A stretch of DNA of 63,356 nucleotides, the filler included, from Octopus bimaculoides (taxonomy: Eukaryota): the NCBI RefSeq assembly GCF_001194135.2. It is 4 parts of 4 records of this genome, joined end to end, with 100 filler letters (N's around TTAATTAATTAA, not from the genome) between each part and the next. Parts side by side here need not be neighbours in the genome. Positions count along the whole stretch, not along the records: positions 27,208 to 44,534 come from NC_068986.1; positions 44,635 to 63,356 come from NC_068991.1; 2 more parts are not named here. One strand, given 5' to 3'. The position numbers were made by a program, and so were the translations under genes. Position 1 is the first letter of the stretch. Every line of letters starts with the position of its first letter. This document shows, in pieces, positions 36,114-47,259 of this stretch. Below the pieces are notes generated by a model, which was not told the DNA's origin, did no database searches, and saw only the letters and a list, made by a program, of their open reading frames with translations.

Positions 36114-36742
36114 NNNNNNNNNNNNNNNNNNNNNNNNNNNNNNNNNNNNNNNNNNNNNNNNNNNNNNNNNNNNNNNNNNNNNNNNNNNNNNNNNNNNNNN
36201 NNNNNNNNNNNNNNNNNNNNNNNNNNNNNNNNNNNNNNNNNNNNNNNNNNNNNNNNNNNNNNNNNNNNNNNNNNNNNNNNNNNNNNNNNNNNNNNNNNNN
36301 NNNNNNNNNNNNNNNNNNNNNNNNNNNNNNNNNNNNNNNNNNNNNNNNNNNNNNNNNNNNNNNNNNNNNNNNNNNNNNNNNNNNNNNNNNNNNNNNNNNN
36401 NNNNNNNNNNNNNNNNNNNNNNNNNNNNNNNNNNNNNNNNNNNNNNNNNNNNNNNNNNNNNNNNNNNNNNNNNNNNNNNNNNNNNNNNNNNNNNNNNNNN
36501 NNNNNNNNNNNNNNNNTATAAACTTAGTGTCAGTGATACAAATATGATGTTAATAGCAGGAACAAACCTCTTCTTTAATCAGCACACAATATCAAACAAG
36601 AAATAAGGTGATCAAACTTCCCCTATAAAACTAGAGATTATTTTTAAGATCAATAGATTATTCTTAGAGGTGGTGGTAGGGTGTGTTGGGGGTGGCGAGC
36701 AGTTATAACATCAACTGTTTTCAGTTTGGTTTGTTAACTTAA

Positions 36743-36963
36743 CCCTTTAACATATAAACTAGCCATATCTGGCCCAAATATTCTACCTGTTTTAAATTTG
36801 AACTAGCCATATCCACACTCTCACACCTACCCTACAGTGTCATTCTAAAAATAAACAATCGCATCATTGAAATCTCAAAGCTACAAGATAATGCATAATT
36901 AATTCAAAACACTATGAATAAATAAGCATTGCATTTGACAAAGTAATTCCGAAGGCTAAAGAG
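36743..36963. mobile_element. piggyBac-like MITE, copy 1 (221 bp)
   Basis: TTAA|ccctttaac ... gctaaagag|TTAA: a TTAA target duplication with CCCTTT-type termini. Confidence 0.7.
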
Positions 36964-37129
36964 TTAAAGTCAGACAGTCTTTATTGTGATTACTGTCCTT
37001 TCTTTAGAAGGAGACAGTCTATATTGATGCCACCCCACCCACTTCTTTAAAGTGAGACTGTCTATATAATGACACTGCTACACCTTCTTAAAAGTGAAAT
37101 GGTCTATAGTTACATTGCCATTCTTTCAA

Positions 37130-37349
37130 CTCTTCAGCATTTGAACTAGCCATAGCTAGCCCATATATTCTTCCTGTTCTATGCTCAAACAGACCAGATT
37201 CAACCTCTCATACTTACCCGCCAATGTCATTCTAAAAATAAACAATCACATCATTGAAATCTCCAAGCTACAAGACAATGCACCATTAATTCAAACAATG
37301 TGAATAAAGAAGCATCACATTTGACAGAGTAATTCTGAATGGTAAAGAG
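37130..37349. mobile_element. piggyBac-like MITE, copy 2 (220 bp), same family
   Basis: tcaa|ctcttcagcat ... ggtaaagag|ttac. The internal tgtcattctaaaaataaacaatc.catcattgaaatct..aagctacaaga is shared with copy 1. Confidence 0.65.
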
Positions 37350-37895
37350 TTACTGCAGCCAGCCTCTTGTCCACTTCCATTAGACTGAATAGTACGGATG
37401 ATAATGTCATGGATCAGCTCAAAGACTCAACCTACAATGGAAGGAATTAATCAGTTTCTATAAGTGCCAGATCTTGGCATTGAACCAAATATGTTAAATT
37501 TTATCATCAGTAAAATAACAAGTTTCCATAATTCTGGGGGTAAGGGTTATCATATATAATACATCGAAAATATCGAAGAATATTTCTTTAATTTATAATT
37601 CCAAATAGTAAGGTATTTTTGTGTTTTAGAAAGTCACGGGTGCGTAATTCCAACATTGAATTTTGATTTAATTAAATATGAGAACAATCAAATTGTTGTA
37701 CCAAATAAGAAAGATAATTTATCGAGGGTAGTGAACTGAAACTGTTGACCTCTTTTATTTGCAATGTTTTTGTTATCTCCAGTTTTTTTAAAATAATTAA
37801 AAAAGAAGAAAACACTACAAAGTTTACAAAGACCCAAGCCTCCTGAGGAAAAGCTTCAACAGAATAATAATGATAATAACAACAATAATAATAAC

Positions 37896-37941
<46 letters not shown>

Positions 37942-37943
<2 letters not shown>

Positions 37944-38408
37944 GGTTTCCAATTTTGCTACAAGGGCAGCAATTCTGTGGGAGGTGAGTTGGTTACATCA
38001 ACCACAGTGTTTAACTGGTACTTATTTTATCGACCCCGAAAGGATGAAAGACAAAGTCGACTTCGGTAGAATTTGAACTCAAAACGTGAAGACAGATGAA
38101 ATATCGTTAAGCGTTACACCTGGTGTGCTACCAATTCTACCAGCTTACTGCCTTGATAGTACTTAATTGTGCTTCTACTAGAAGCACAAGGCCTCAAATT
38201 TGGGGGAAGGGATTAAGTCGATTACATCGACTCCAGTGTGTAACTGGTACCTATTTAATCGACCCCCCCACCCCAAAAGGATAAAAGGCAAAGATGACTT
38301 TGGTGGAATTTGAACCCAGAATGTAGTGGCAGATAAAATACCCCTAAGTGCATTTCACTCGGTGTGCTCATGATTCTGCCAGCTCACCACCATAACAACA
38401 ACAACAAC

Positions 38409-38448
<40 letters not shown>

Positions 38449-38642
38449 GCTTCAAATTTTGGCACAAGGCCAGCCATGTTAGTGAGGTAAAGTTAGTCAG
38501 AATGACCCCAGTTCTTGACTGGTGCTTTAGTTTAATTGAGTCCACCTCAGAAAGAAGCAAGGAAAAGTTTTATTTTGAAACAATTTGAACACAGAATGTA
38601 AAGAGCAGGTACACTAATGACACTGCCATTTTACTCCCCTTC

Positions 38643-38676
<34 letters not shown>

Positions 38677-38908
38677 TAATAATAATAATATTTAGGCTCA
38701 AGGCCAGCATTTTTAAGAAGGGTGGAGTTAGTCAATAGCATTGGGTCCAGTGCTTCACTGGTACAATATTTTATTAACCCCACAAAAGGATGAAAAGGTG
38801 ATAGGATGAAAGTGGGATTTGAGCTCAAAATGTGAAGAGCAGGGAAAAATGTTGCAAGGGTTTTTTCCTGATACCCTAAAAATTTGGCCAGCTTGCCATC
38901 TCAATAAA

Positions 38909-38972
<64 letters not shown>

Positions 38973-39210
38973 GCAGCTATTTTTAGGCACAAAGCCCCAG
39001 ATTTTGTGGGGAGGGTGGAGAGAATTTAATTGATCACACGCCGCCTCCAGTATTTCAATGGTAAATATTTTATCGACCTTGGAAGGATGAAAGGCAAAGT
39101 CGAAAGTGGAGGGATTTGAACTCAAATTGTAAAGGGACATAACTAAATCACACGACGTGGTTTTTATTGGCACTCTACTCTACCATCCACCACCACTGAT
39201 AATAATAATG

Positions 39211-39274
<64 letters not shown>

Positions 39275-39560
39275 TTGGTAACAATAATAAAAATTGTGAT
39301 TTGTAATATAAGCACAAGGCCACAAGTTTTCTGTGGAGGGGAGAATGCGATTGTTTAAATTGACTCAAGTACCTGACTGCATCCTTATTTTATGAGTCGT
39401 GTTGATAATAAAAAAATAATAATAGTATGAGTATTTGTTTCTAACATAGGCACTAGGCCTGATATTTAGGAGGAGGGAGTTAGCCAATTACATCAACCCC
39501 TGTACATGACTGGTACTTTTATATTGTTGACCTTGGAAGGATGAAAGGCAAAACCGACTT
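37942..39560 (-). mobile_element. Head-to-tail array of ~7 family A SINE copies separated by (AAT)n
   Basis: Approximate copies 37942-38154, 38171-38391, 38447-38635, 38691-38900 and 38971-39195, plus partials 39300-39380 and 39435-39560. All are on the minus strand and each has a gcacaaggcc-type tail. Confidence 0.85.
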
Positions 39561-39699
39561 TGTTTATTATAACAATAATAATAATAATAATAATAATAAT
39601 GATATTGTTCCAATTTATATATACTGCCGAAGCAAGTAAATAATAATAATAATAATAATAATAACAATAATAATAATAATATTAAAATGTATGAATGGC

Positions 39700-40160
39700 A
39701 TCATGCGGTGGCGCTAATGCCACATGTGTCACACAACAGTCAGTAACGGAATTTATTTATATTAGTGCGCCAGCAGTTTAGGTGTAACATGCGATGCCAG
39801 CAATACATGCATCATGTGACAGCTGGTACAGAAGTCAATGTAAGTTACATGTATCAAGTGACAAACAACACATGTTGCATCAAGGGAAATATGACAAATA
39901 GGATGTACCACATGTGTATCACATGACAACCTTACCTCCAATGTGCTTTGGGTGTAATGTTGGTCACATGATACGCAGCCTATGACGTACAGCAGGTTGC
40001 ATCACATGGCTTTCTGTGATTACATCCAATGGCATACAACAGGCTGTGCCACATGTCATATGACACACACAACACACAGATCAGCCTAAGCCAGATATAA
40101 GCTACTTCGTAACAAAGGCATAGAATATATATAATGTAGTATTTGTGTCACATGACAGTG
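39700..40160. repeat. Degenerate tandem repeat built on a gtcacatgac-like motif
   Basis: Recurrent gcatcatgtgaca, gtatcacatgaca, ggtcacatgata, gtgtcacatgaca. Confidence 0.5.
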
Positions 40161-40319
40161 GCACTGAACATCTATAACAACTACAGCATTTACACTAGTG
40201 TTGCAGAACCTCCCATCCCTCTGATTCTTGCAGAGGGCTATGGGCTGGTCCTTTCTTCCACAGACACAATGTTTGAAATATGAACCTTTCGTGTTATATC
40301 TAGCACATATGAACACTGG

Positions 40320-40372
<53 letters not shown>

Positions 40373-41035
40373 TGAGTGTGTATATGCATGTGAGGGGGAG
40401 TGGCTTAGGGTTGGAGAATGGTTAGTGATGGTGGGCAGGGGAAAAAACATCAAGGAGAAGGGAATGTATGGTAAGTGGAGCAAGGAGTAAGGGAGATAGG
40501 GAGAGGAATGAGACAAAGAGATAGAGAGAAAAATGAGAAGTGTTGAGGATGTGATGGAGAAAAGGTGAAAAAAAAAAAAGAGGAGGAAAAGAAGAAACAA
40601 GAAGAGGCAAAATGTCAAGAGAAGACACCATACATATTATTAAGAAGGAGGGAAAGTAAGAGTGGAGTATGAATAGCAGTAGGAGAGTGGAGTGGGGTAA
40701 GAGCAGGAGTGGTGTAGGAGTAAGGGTTGGGTAGGAGTGGAATAAGATGGAAGTGTTTTTGTATGGAGAATGATAAAATGTGACTGGAGTAAAGGTGATT
40801 TAAAGAGAGAAATGTCTTAGAACTATGGAAAGGCACAAACATGTGTATAATATGACGGATGTTGAGGTAAGAGATATAGCAGCAGCAAATGGCAGAGGAT
40901 CAAACTCAAAACAGTTATGTGTTCCTTCAACCACATCAAAGTTCTGTGCATTACAAAACGCTGTCCCATTGCCATAAGCACTTCCTNNNNNNNNNNNNAA
41001 AAAAAAAAAAAAAAGAAAAACAAAAATGATATTAG

Positions 41036-41428
41036 TGTTCTTACAAAACTTCTCAACACTTCTAAAAAAAAAAACAAAACAAAAAAAACTTTGTTTACTT
41101 TCATCGTAATGTTGAATTTAACGTTAGCGTCTTATGAAGCTAAATTTATAAGTTCTAAAATTGCAGAAGAATTCGTTGCTGGGCAGTTTAGTTTAATGGT
41201 AAAACACTTGACGCATAATCACAGAGATGTGAGTTGGAGTCTCATGGCTGGCCAGTAGCGTATTTTTCTGCAATAAATGAATAATTTATCCTGATCATGC
41301 TATTTATAGCATTATCATGTGTTTGAGAAATATATTTATTTCTGTTCTTACAAAACTTCTCAACGCTTCTGAAAAAAAAAAAAAAAAAAGAACAAACTTT
41401 GTTTACTTTCATCGTAAAGTTGAATTTA
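41036..41428 (+). mobile_element. ~307-bp unit with ~85-bp terminal direct repeats enclosing a tRNA-capped long hairpin with HHR remnants (retrozyme-like)
   Basis: DR1 41036-41120 and DR2 41343-41428: tgttcttacaaaacttctcaac.cttct(A)n...aactttgtttactttcatcgtaa.gttgaattta. Confidence 0.7.
41182..41253 (+). tRNA. tRNA-Met(CAT)-like pseudogene
   Basis: Acceptor GGCAGTT/GGCTGGC is 6/7, D arm GTTT-AATGGTA-AAAC is perfect, anticodon loop CGCATAA, T arm GTGAG-TTGGAGT-CTCAT, followed by TTTTT. The T-loop C56 and two anticodon-stem pairs are mutated. Confidence 0.65.
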
Positions 41429-42942
41429 TAAATTAAATTACTATTTAGGTTGAAGAGAGATTCAATAAAATATTATGGTCTGAATAAGAAACCACAGAAA
41501 TTATTAGAAATGTTATTTACAGTGCAGTCAATTAAGCTTCGCGTATGTTTGTGTTTGTGCTTCCTTTGTAGTAAAGATGGCATAACAGAGATGCTAAGGC
41601 ATGGAGGTGAAGAGCAGGGGGAAAAAATCCTCATTCTTGGCTTCTATCACTATCTGAAGGAGAGTGAAATACCTTTGCTGTGGAAAGATTCGGATACAAT
41701 TTCGCTTCATAAGAAGAGTAATAAAGATCTAAGGAACTATCTCTTATCCCACCTCTACAAGCTGTTTACAAAGGTCATAGTCACTGGATAATCCAAATAT
41801 CTTGATGACCAGCAGCAAAAGAAGCAAGTAGGTTTCTCTAAGAACTACTACTGGATAACATATTCAATCTAACACAGTTTACAGAATGAGCTAAAAAAAA
41901 CACAAGCTGCCTCTGTGTATTACTTTTGTCAACTACAAAAAAGCCTTTAATTGTGTTGATATGAAGACAGTGTTGAAATCACTGGGAATGCAAGGTGTTG
42001 GAGAACAATACACCAAACTGCTAGGGGATGTGAACTCTGGATGCATCTCTGATATAGATCTTCCTTTGCTAATTGGAAAGGACACCAGACAAGGAGATAC
42101 CATCTCTCCAAAGCTCTTTGCCACATATCTAGAAATGGTTATCAGAGACATTGTCTGGACAAAGGGTGTGAAGATCAACAGCGAGCTACTAACATACCAC
42201 CTATTTGCAGATGACATCATTCTCATCATGTACAGCACAGATTAGCTGCAAACCATACTGACATAGCTGGACATCTATATCTTAGCAGTATGCCTTAAAA
42301 AGAACAAAAGTGCCATCTGAAAACATAGTAGAAGGTTGAATAGAGGTGAGAAGTAATGAAATCGATTGTCTACTTAGAATACACAGTAATTATGTACCAA
42401 AACATAGATGCTGAAACTTCAAAGAGTATAAGGGCAGAATGTAAGGCATTTATCTTGATAAAGGATGTGCTCAAAGCAAAAAAATACTGGAGAAGACCAT
42501 ATGTGCCAGACTTTTCAATAGCACCATCTTACCTGTGGTCTTATACATAAGTGAGATGTGGGCTACTACAAAGAGAGAAGAGCATTGATTGGCTACAATG
42601 TAAAGGGATATGGAAAGATCCATGCAAAGAATATCATTGTAAGAGCATATCTGAAATGAGATAATTTGAGAACAGAGCAGAGTGAATGACGTGATTGCAG
42701 AACACAGAAAACACAAGTTCAGCAGGACAGGTCACAAGGTTCCTAGATAAGAGGTGGACTTATGCAGTTGTTGAGTGGTTTCCAAATGACTAGAAAAGAC
42801 CATGCAGAATGCTTCCATGATGATGAGAGATCTAGTTAAAAGATTAGGGCACAATGTAAAAGAATGACACAATCAAGAAAGAGCTGAAGTGCACTGTGAC
42901 CAGCAATGTATTACAACATCTGATAGTCTGGTCAATACAGTG

Positions 42943-42980
<38 letters not shown>

Positions 42981-43731
42981 NNNNNNNNNNNNNNNNNNNN
43001 NNNNNNNNNNNNNNNNNNNNNNNNNNNNNNNNNNNNNNNNNNNNNNNNNNNNNNNNNNNNNNNNNNNNNNNNNNNNNNNNNNNNNNNNNNNNNNNNNNNN
43101 NNNNNNNNNNNNNNNNNNNNNNNNNNNNNNNNNNNNNNNNNNNNNNNNNNNNNNNNNNNNNNNNNNNNNNNNNNNNNNNNNNNNNNNNNNNNNNNNNNNN
43201 NNNNNNNNNNNNNNNNNNNNNNNNNNNNNNNNNNTGTGTGTGTGTGTGTGTGTGTGTGTGTGTTCTGTATGTATATATCATCAGCATAGTGATTTTTATA
43301 TCCACTCTTCTAGTGCATTGTGGCCAGATGTTTTTCTTGATGCCAACCTCTTAGTCACCTCTGATGGCAGTGTACATATTCCAAAGCTAAGATCTAAACA
43401 CACACACACACACGTATTAAAGATACTGGTATGGAACACTTACATTCAGGATTTTGAGTTCCTCAACAGTGACTTATTGATACTCACTGTCATTTGTCAG
43501 ATGCTGCATGTTTAATGTAAGTTTAAAACAGAAAAAAACACTGGACAGTAGTTTAAACAGGTATAAAACTTGCTACAACTGATGAATGACGCTGAGTATT
43601 CAATAGATTTGCTGTCAAGAAACCCAGAGTTCTGATTATAAGTGTACCATGCCTGTGTCATTTAATAAATTTAGTTCTCTATTTCTAATGACATTGAGTA
43701 TTACTTCCTTTGCTGTTACACACGTGGTTTG

Positions 43732-43768
<37 letters not shown>

Positions 43769-44149
43769 TAGCCTTGAAGCTGCCCTTTGGGTGTCATTCA
43801 GGCTAGCTCTTGTGGAGGACACCTTTGAGGCATTTGGCCCCACATATCGGGCTGCTTTGCAGCCCTCAACCCTCGTGTAGGGTAATGAATTTGGACACAT
43901 TCATTGTCTATGTATCTCCTGGTATTAATTATCTGATACTACATTCCAAACTCCTTACCTGACATATATCCATACATCCATACCCATACACTCAATACCT
44001 AGACTTTACTCGCACCCCATGTCCCAGAACAGCCTATCAAAAAGTTAAATATAAACAGCTAAAAATTCAAAAACTGCCAAAAACAACCTAATAGTCAAAT
44101 ATAAAATAAGTAAAGGTAAAAATAAAATAAAATAAAATAAATGTCCACT

Positions 44150-44228
44150 CTCTCTCTCTTTACTCTGACTCTTTTTACTCTTTTACTTGTTTCAGTCATT
44201 TGACTGCGGCCATGCTGGAGCACCGCCT
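44150..44228 (-). mobile_element. SINE B / RTE 3' tail stub
   Basis: ctctttttactcttttacttgtttcagtcatttgactgcggccatgctggagcaccgcc. Confidence 0.85.
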
Positions 44229-44534
44229 GGAAACCTGCCAGTCACCTAGTCACCTACCGCTCCGGCAGACACTCTAGCCAAATCGACTACATCCTCGCCA
44301 GAAATAGGGAAAGAGGGCGGCTTATAAATGCCAAAACCTACCCTGGCGAAGAATGTACCCCACAACATAGATTAGTAGTTAGCGACTTTGGGATCAAGGC
44401 AAAATGGGTGCCCAGAATTAGACAGGCTTGGAGGAGAAGGGTGTGGAAGCTTAAAGACCCTGCAAACGGACAGAGACTTAGAGACAAGTTACTTGAAGCA
44501 TTTAACGAAATAGAAGGGGATATAGCATCATACA
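44229..44534 (+). mobile_element. RTE LINE endonuclease C-terminus/linker fragment, open frame running into a gap
   Basis: LVTYRSGRHSSQIDYILARNRERGRLINAKTYPGEECTPQHRLVVSDF...RRRVWKLKDP. Confidence 0.85.
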
Positions 44535-44634
44535 NNNNNNNNNNNNNNNNNNNNNNNNNNNNNNNNNNNNNNNNNNNNTTAATTAATTAANNNNNNNNNN
44601 NNNNNNNNNNNNNNNNNNNNNNNNNNNNNNNNNN

Positions 44635-44686
<52 letters not shown>

Positions 44687-45553
44687 GCATATATAGGACT
44701 ATTATATATGATTATATATATGTGTGTATGTATGTATATATGTCTACATATGTATGTCCATTTTATTTATATATGGTCTCGTATTGGCCAATAGATCATA
44801 GAATTATCATGGTGTGTTGTATCAAGAACGATTACAGCAGGACCCATTGCTATCTAAACTGCTTCTCACAAAGTATAAATGAAATGACTCAAATGAACAT
44901 CAAAGCTGCGCCGAAGATTTCTTTCTATGAATATTTATCACTAGTTTCATCATTACAATCATGGTGCATTCCCATTCGCTTTCGCATGTTTGTGCGTGCG
45001 CTTACACCCGTACATGGCTGTATATCCGAGTCATGCTACTGACAAAACTTCTGCTGCGCCATTTTACATTTGCTTCCTGTTTCTAAATAAAGTTTATATA
45101 TTCCTATTGAAACACATTTCACGTTTATTTTATGTATCAAACGTTCAAATTGACTTATAGTGAGTAATGTTCAAGAATATCACTACCTGCTCTCTTACTA
45201 AGTCAGCCTAGTACTAATCTAACTAATCCACGCACTCCACGCTGCCAACCTTTCCTTAGCAATGATAAATCGGAAAGTAGTAAAACAGTTTTGTATATGT
45301 ATTGCTTAAACACATGTGTCTGGTTTTAGAACAAACAGGTAGAAGAAGCTAGACGAGATGATGTCGATGTTACATGGAAGTCAAATATGTATGCTATTCG
45401 GGCAAGCGATTTTAGTTATAAATATTAGCTTTCTTTTCTTCATTTCTTCATTTCTTCAAACATGTAAGCTACTTACTTAATTATAAAAGAATCACACAAA
45501 AAAACTAACACTGACACATACACATACAAATTTACTCTGTTTTTCTCCCTCTC

Positions 45554-45597
<44 letters not shown>

Positions 45598-45904
45598 GTA
45601 CAGGCACACACACACACACACACAGAGGTACAGGCACAGACACCTCATGTGGTGATGTTAATACAATTACATGCGCATGTATCTATCTGCGCATCACCAA
45701 TGCGGAAGCATTTCAGCGTGATGTAACCTTGCAACTGAGCTTTTGTTTCGCACGCTCGCGTATGTGTGGTGATGAGGAATAGTTAGTCATTTGTGTTGAG
45801 CACCATCTGTCAAAGAGAAGCTGAAAATATCCCATTGTGTGTGATTGTACAAATAATGACGGGAATACAGAAATACCAATTGCTACAACCAGTCTCATGA
45901 GAAA

Positions 45905-46545
45905 ACAACAGAGCCTCTACATAATCGTTTTGCCTGGTAAAAATAGCGACTAAATTTCCTCAAAATCACATTTCTACAGTCTTAAATAAGGAAAAGATAC
46001 GTTAGACCAGCGTTTTCCTATAATTTTATTTACTCTTGGAGAACCTTTGAAAATTATTTCATATCTCGAGGAACATCTACATAAAATTATCATATATTTT
46101 TATTAATATTCTTTCTTTCTCTTTTGTAAAGTTAAATTTCATACGTCAACAAAGAAAGTTTAAGAAATTATGTCTTGACCGAGACCTTGTTTAAACAAAA
46201 GTCACCTATAATTTCCTGTTAGGGGGTCGTTTTCCTTTAGGGTTGCCTTATTGTCAGCAGACACTTGCGTTTGGGAATATACTGAGTGTATATAAATAAA
46301 TTACGAATGTAAAATTATATACAGAAAAATTCCTTTGCATAGAGTTAGCCAATTTATTTATCAGGTTTGTTTCGCAAAACCTTTGGATTCCAAGGAAACT
46401 CGGTTGGAGCCATTGCATTAGATAATGTAGTCTTAGATAACTATAAATAAAACAGGCAAAGTAGCGAAGGCTGGAGAGCCTTTGATCATGTCTATTTATC
46501 TGTTTGCCAGTTCCATCACAGATGATTTGGAGCTAAACAATAACA
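45905..46545 (+). mobile_element. SINE-like repeat (family D) split by a MITE
   Basis: gagcctctacataatcg...aaaatagcgactaaatttcctcaaaatcac...|...ataatgtagtcttagat...ggagagcctttgatcat...gatttggagctaaacaataacaac. A related fragment lies at 55895-55970. Confidence 0.55.
46008..46415. mobile_element. Decayed hAT-type MITE with 8-bp target-site duplication
   Basis: Flanks cgttagac and cattagat (6/8, central TA). The ends cagcgttttcc and ggttggagccattg resemble CAGTGGTTCCCAACC. Confidence 0.45.
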
Positions 46546-46754
46546 ACAGTAACAGCTTCAACTTGTTAAAGATTATATGGATAACTAGCGCTTAAGTGGT
46601 TTCTTCATAAGTTGGTGAAACTATGCTGAAGATGACGACCACGATGATGATGAAGATTGTTGTCGTTATGCTCTGCTTGTTCAGTATTATCAACTTGCAA
46701 AAATTATTCATTACAATGAACTTGTAAAACTATCTCAGATTTAAATATATTCTC

Positions 46755-46925
46755 TATTCTTTTATTGTTTTACTTGTTTCAGTCATTGGACTTCATGGGG
46801 CACTACCTCGATGGATTTTGTCGACCTCTGTTTTTCATTTTAATCTTGTACATTCTATCGGCGGCTTTTTGTTGAACCACTAGATTATGGTGACGTTAAC
46901 AAACCAAAACCGGTTGTCAAGAGGA
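46755..46925 (-). mobile_element. SINE family B 3' half
   Basis: ttttacttgtttcagtcattggac...gttgaaccactagattatggtgacgttaacaaaccaaaaccggttgtcaag. Confidence 0.75.
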
Positions 46926-46984
46926 TGTAGACAAAGAGGAAGACACATATACGCACTCATACATATCCATACACGCAGTGTGTA

Positions 46985-47175
46985 TAGCCGACAATTTTAA
47001 GGGAGGAGTCGAGTCGATTATATCGACCTCCAATACTCAACTAATACTTCTTTTATCGATTCTGAAAAAAATGAAAGGTAAAATCGACCTCGACATCATT
47101 TGAACTTAACGTAAATGCTTGGACGAACGCCGCAAAACATTTTTCCACTTTTAACGTTTCTGGCAGCTCGCCAAA
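46985..47175 (-). mobile_element. SINE family A
   Basis: gggaggagtcgagtcgattatatcgacc...atgaaaggtaaaatcgacctcgac...ttctggcagctcgcc. Confidence 0.8.
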
Positions 47176-47259
47176 TAAATGTTTCTAGCTTAGGCAGAGA
47201 AGTTCTAAAAAAAAAATGGTGTTAAAAGCTCTGAGTAAAGTTATGTTGGTCAGAAAGGT

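Larger units (their letters stand above)
40760..42860 (+). mobile_element. Decayed RTE-clade LINE, interrupted by the 41036-41428 unit
   Basis: DGITEMLRHGGE, LLSHLYKLFTKVI, NYKKAFNCVDMKTVLKSL, RQGDTISPKLF and HLFADDIILI. Only the RT part from ~41570 is clear; the upstream EN part is weak. Confidence 0.8.

Noticed and set aside
37460-37515. Minus-strand CTGATGA ... GAAAC
   Set aside because: Only 2 bp of stem II, and no stem III or NUH site.
43575-43640. CTGATGA atgac...gtcaa GAAAC ccaga GTT
   Set aside because: The core words are present, but the stem II base is mismatched, loop 3 is not palindromic and stem I does not form.
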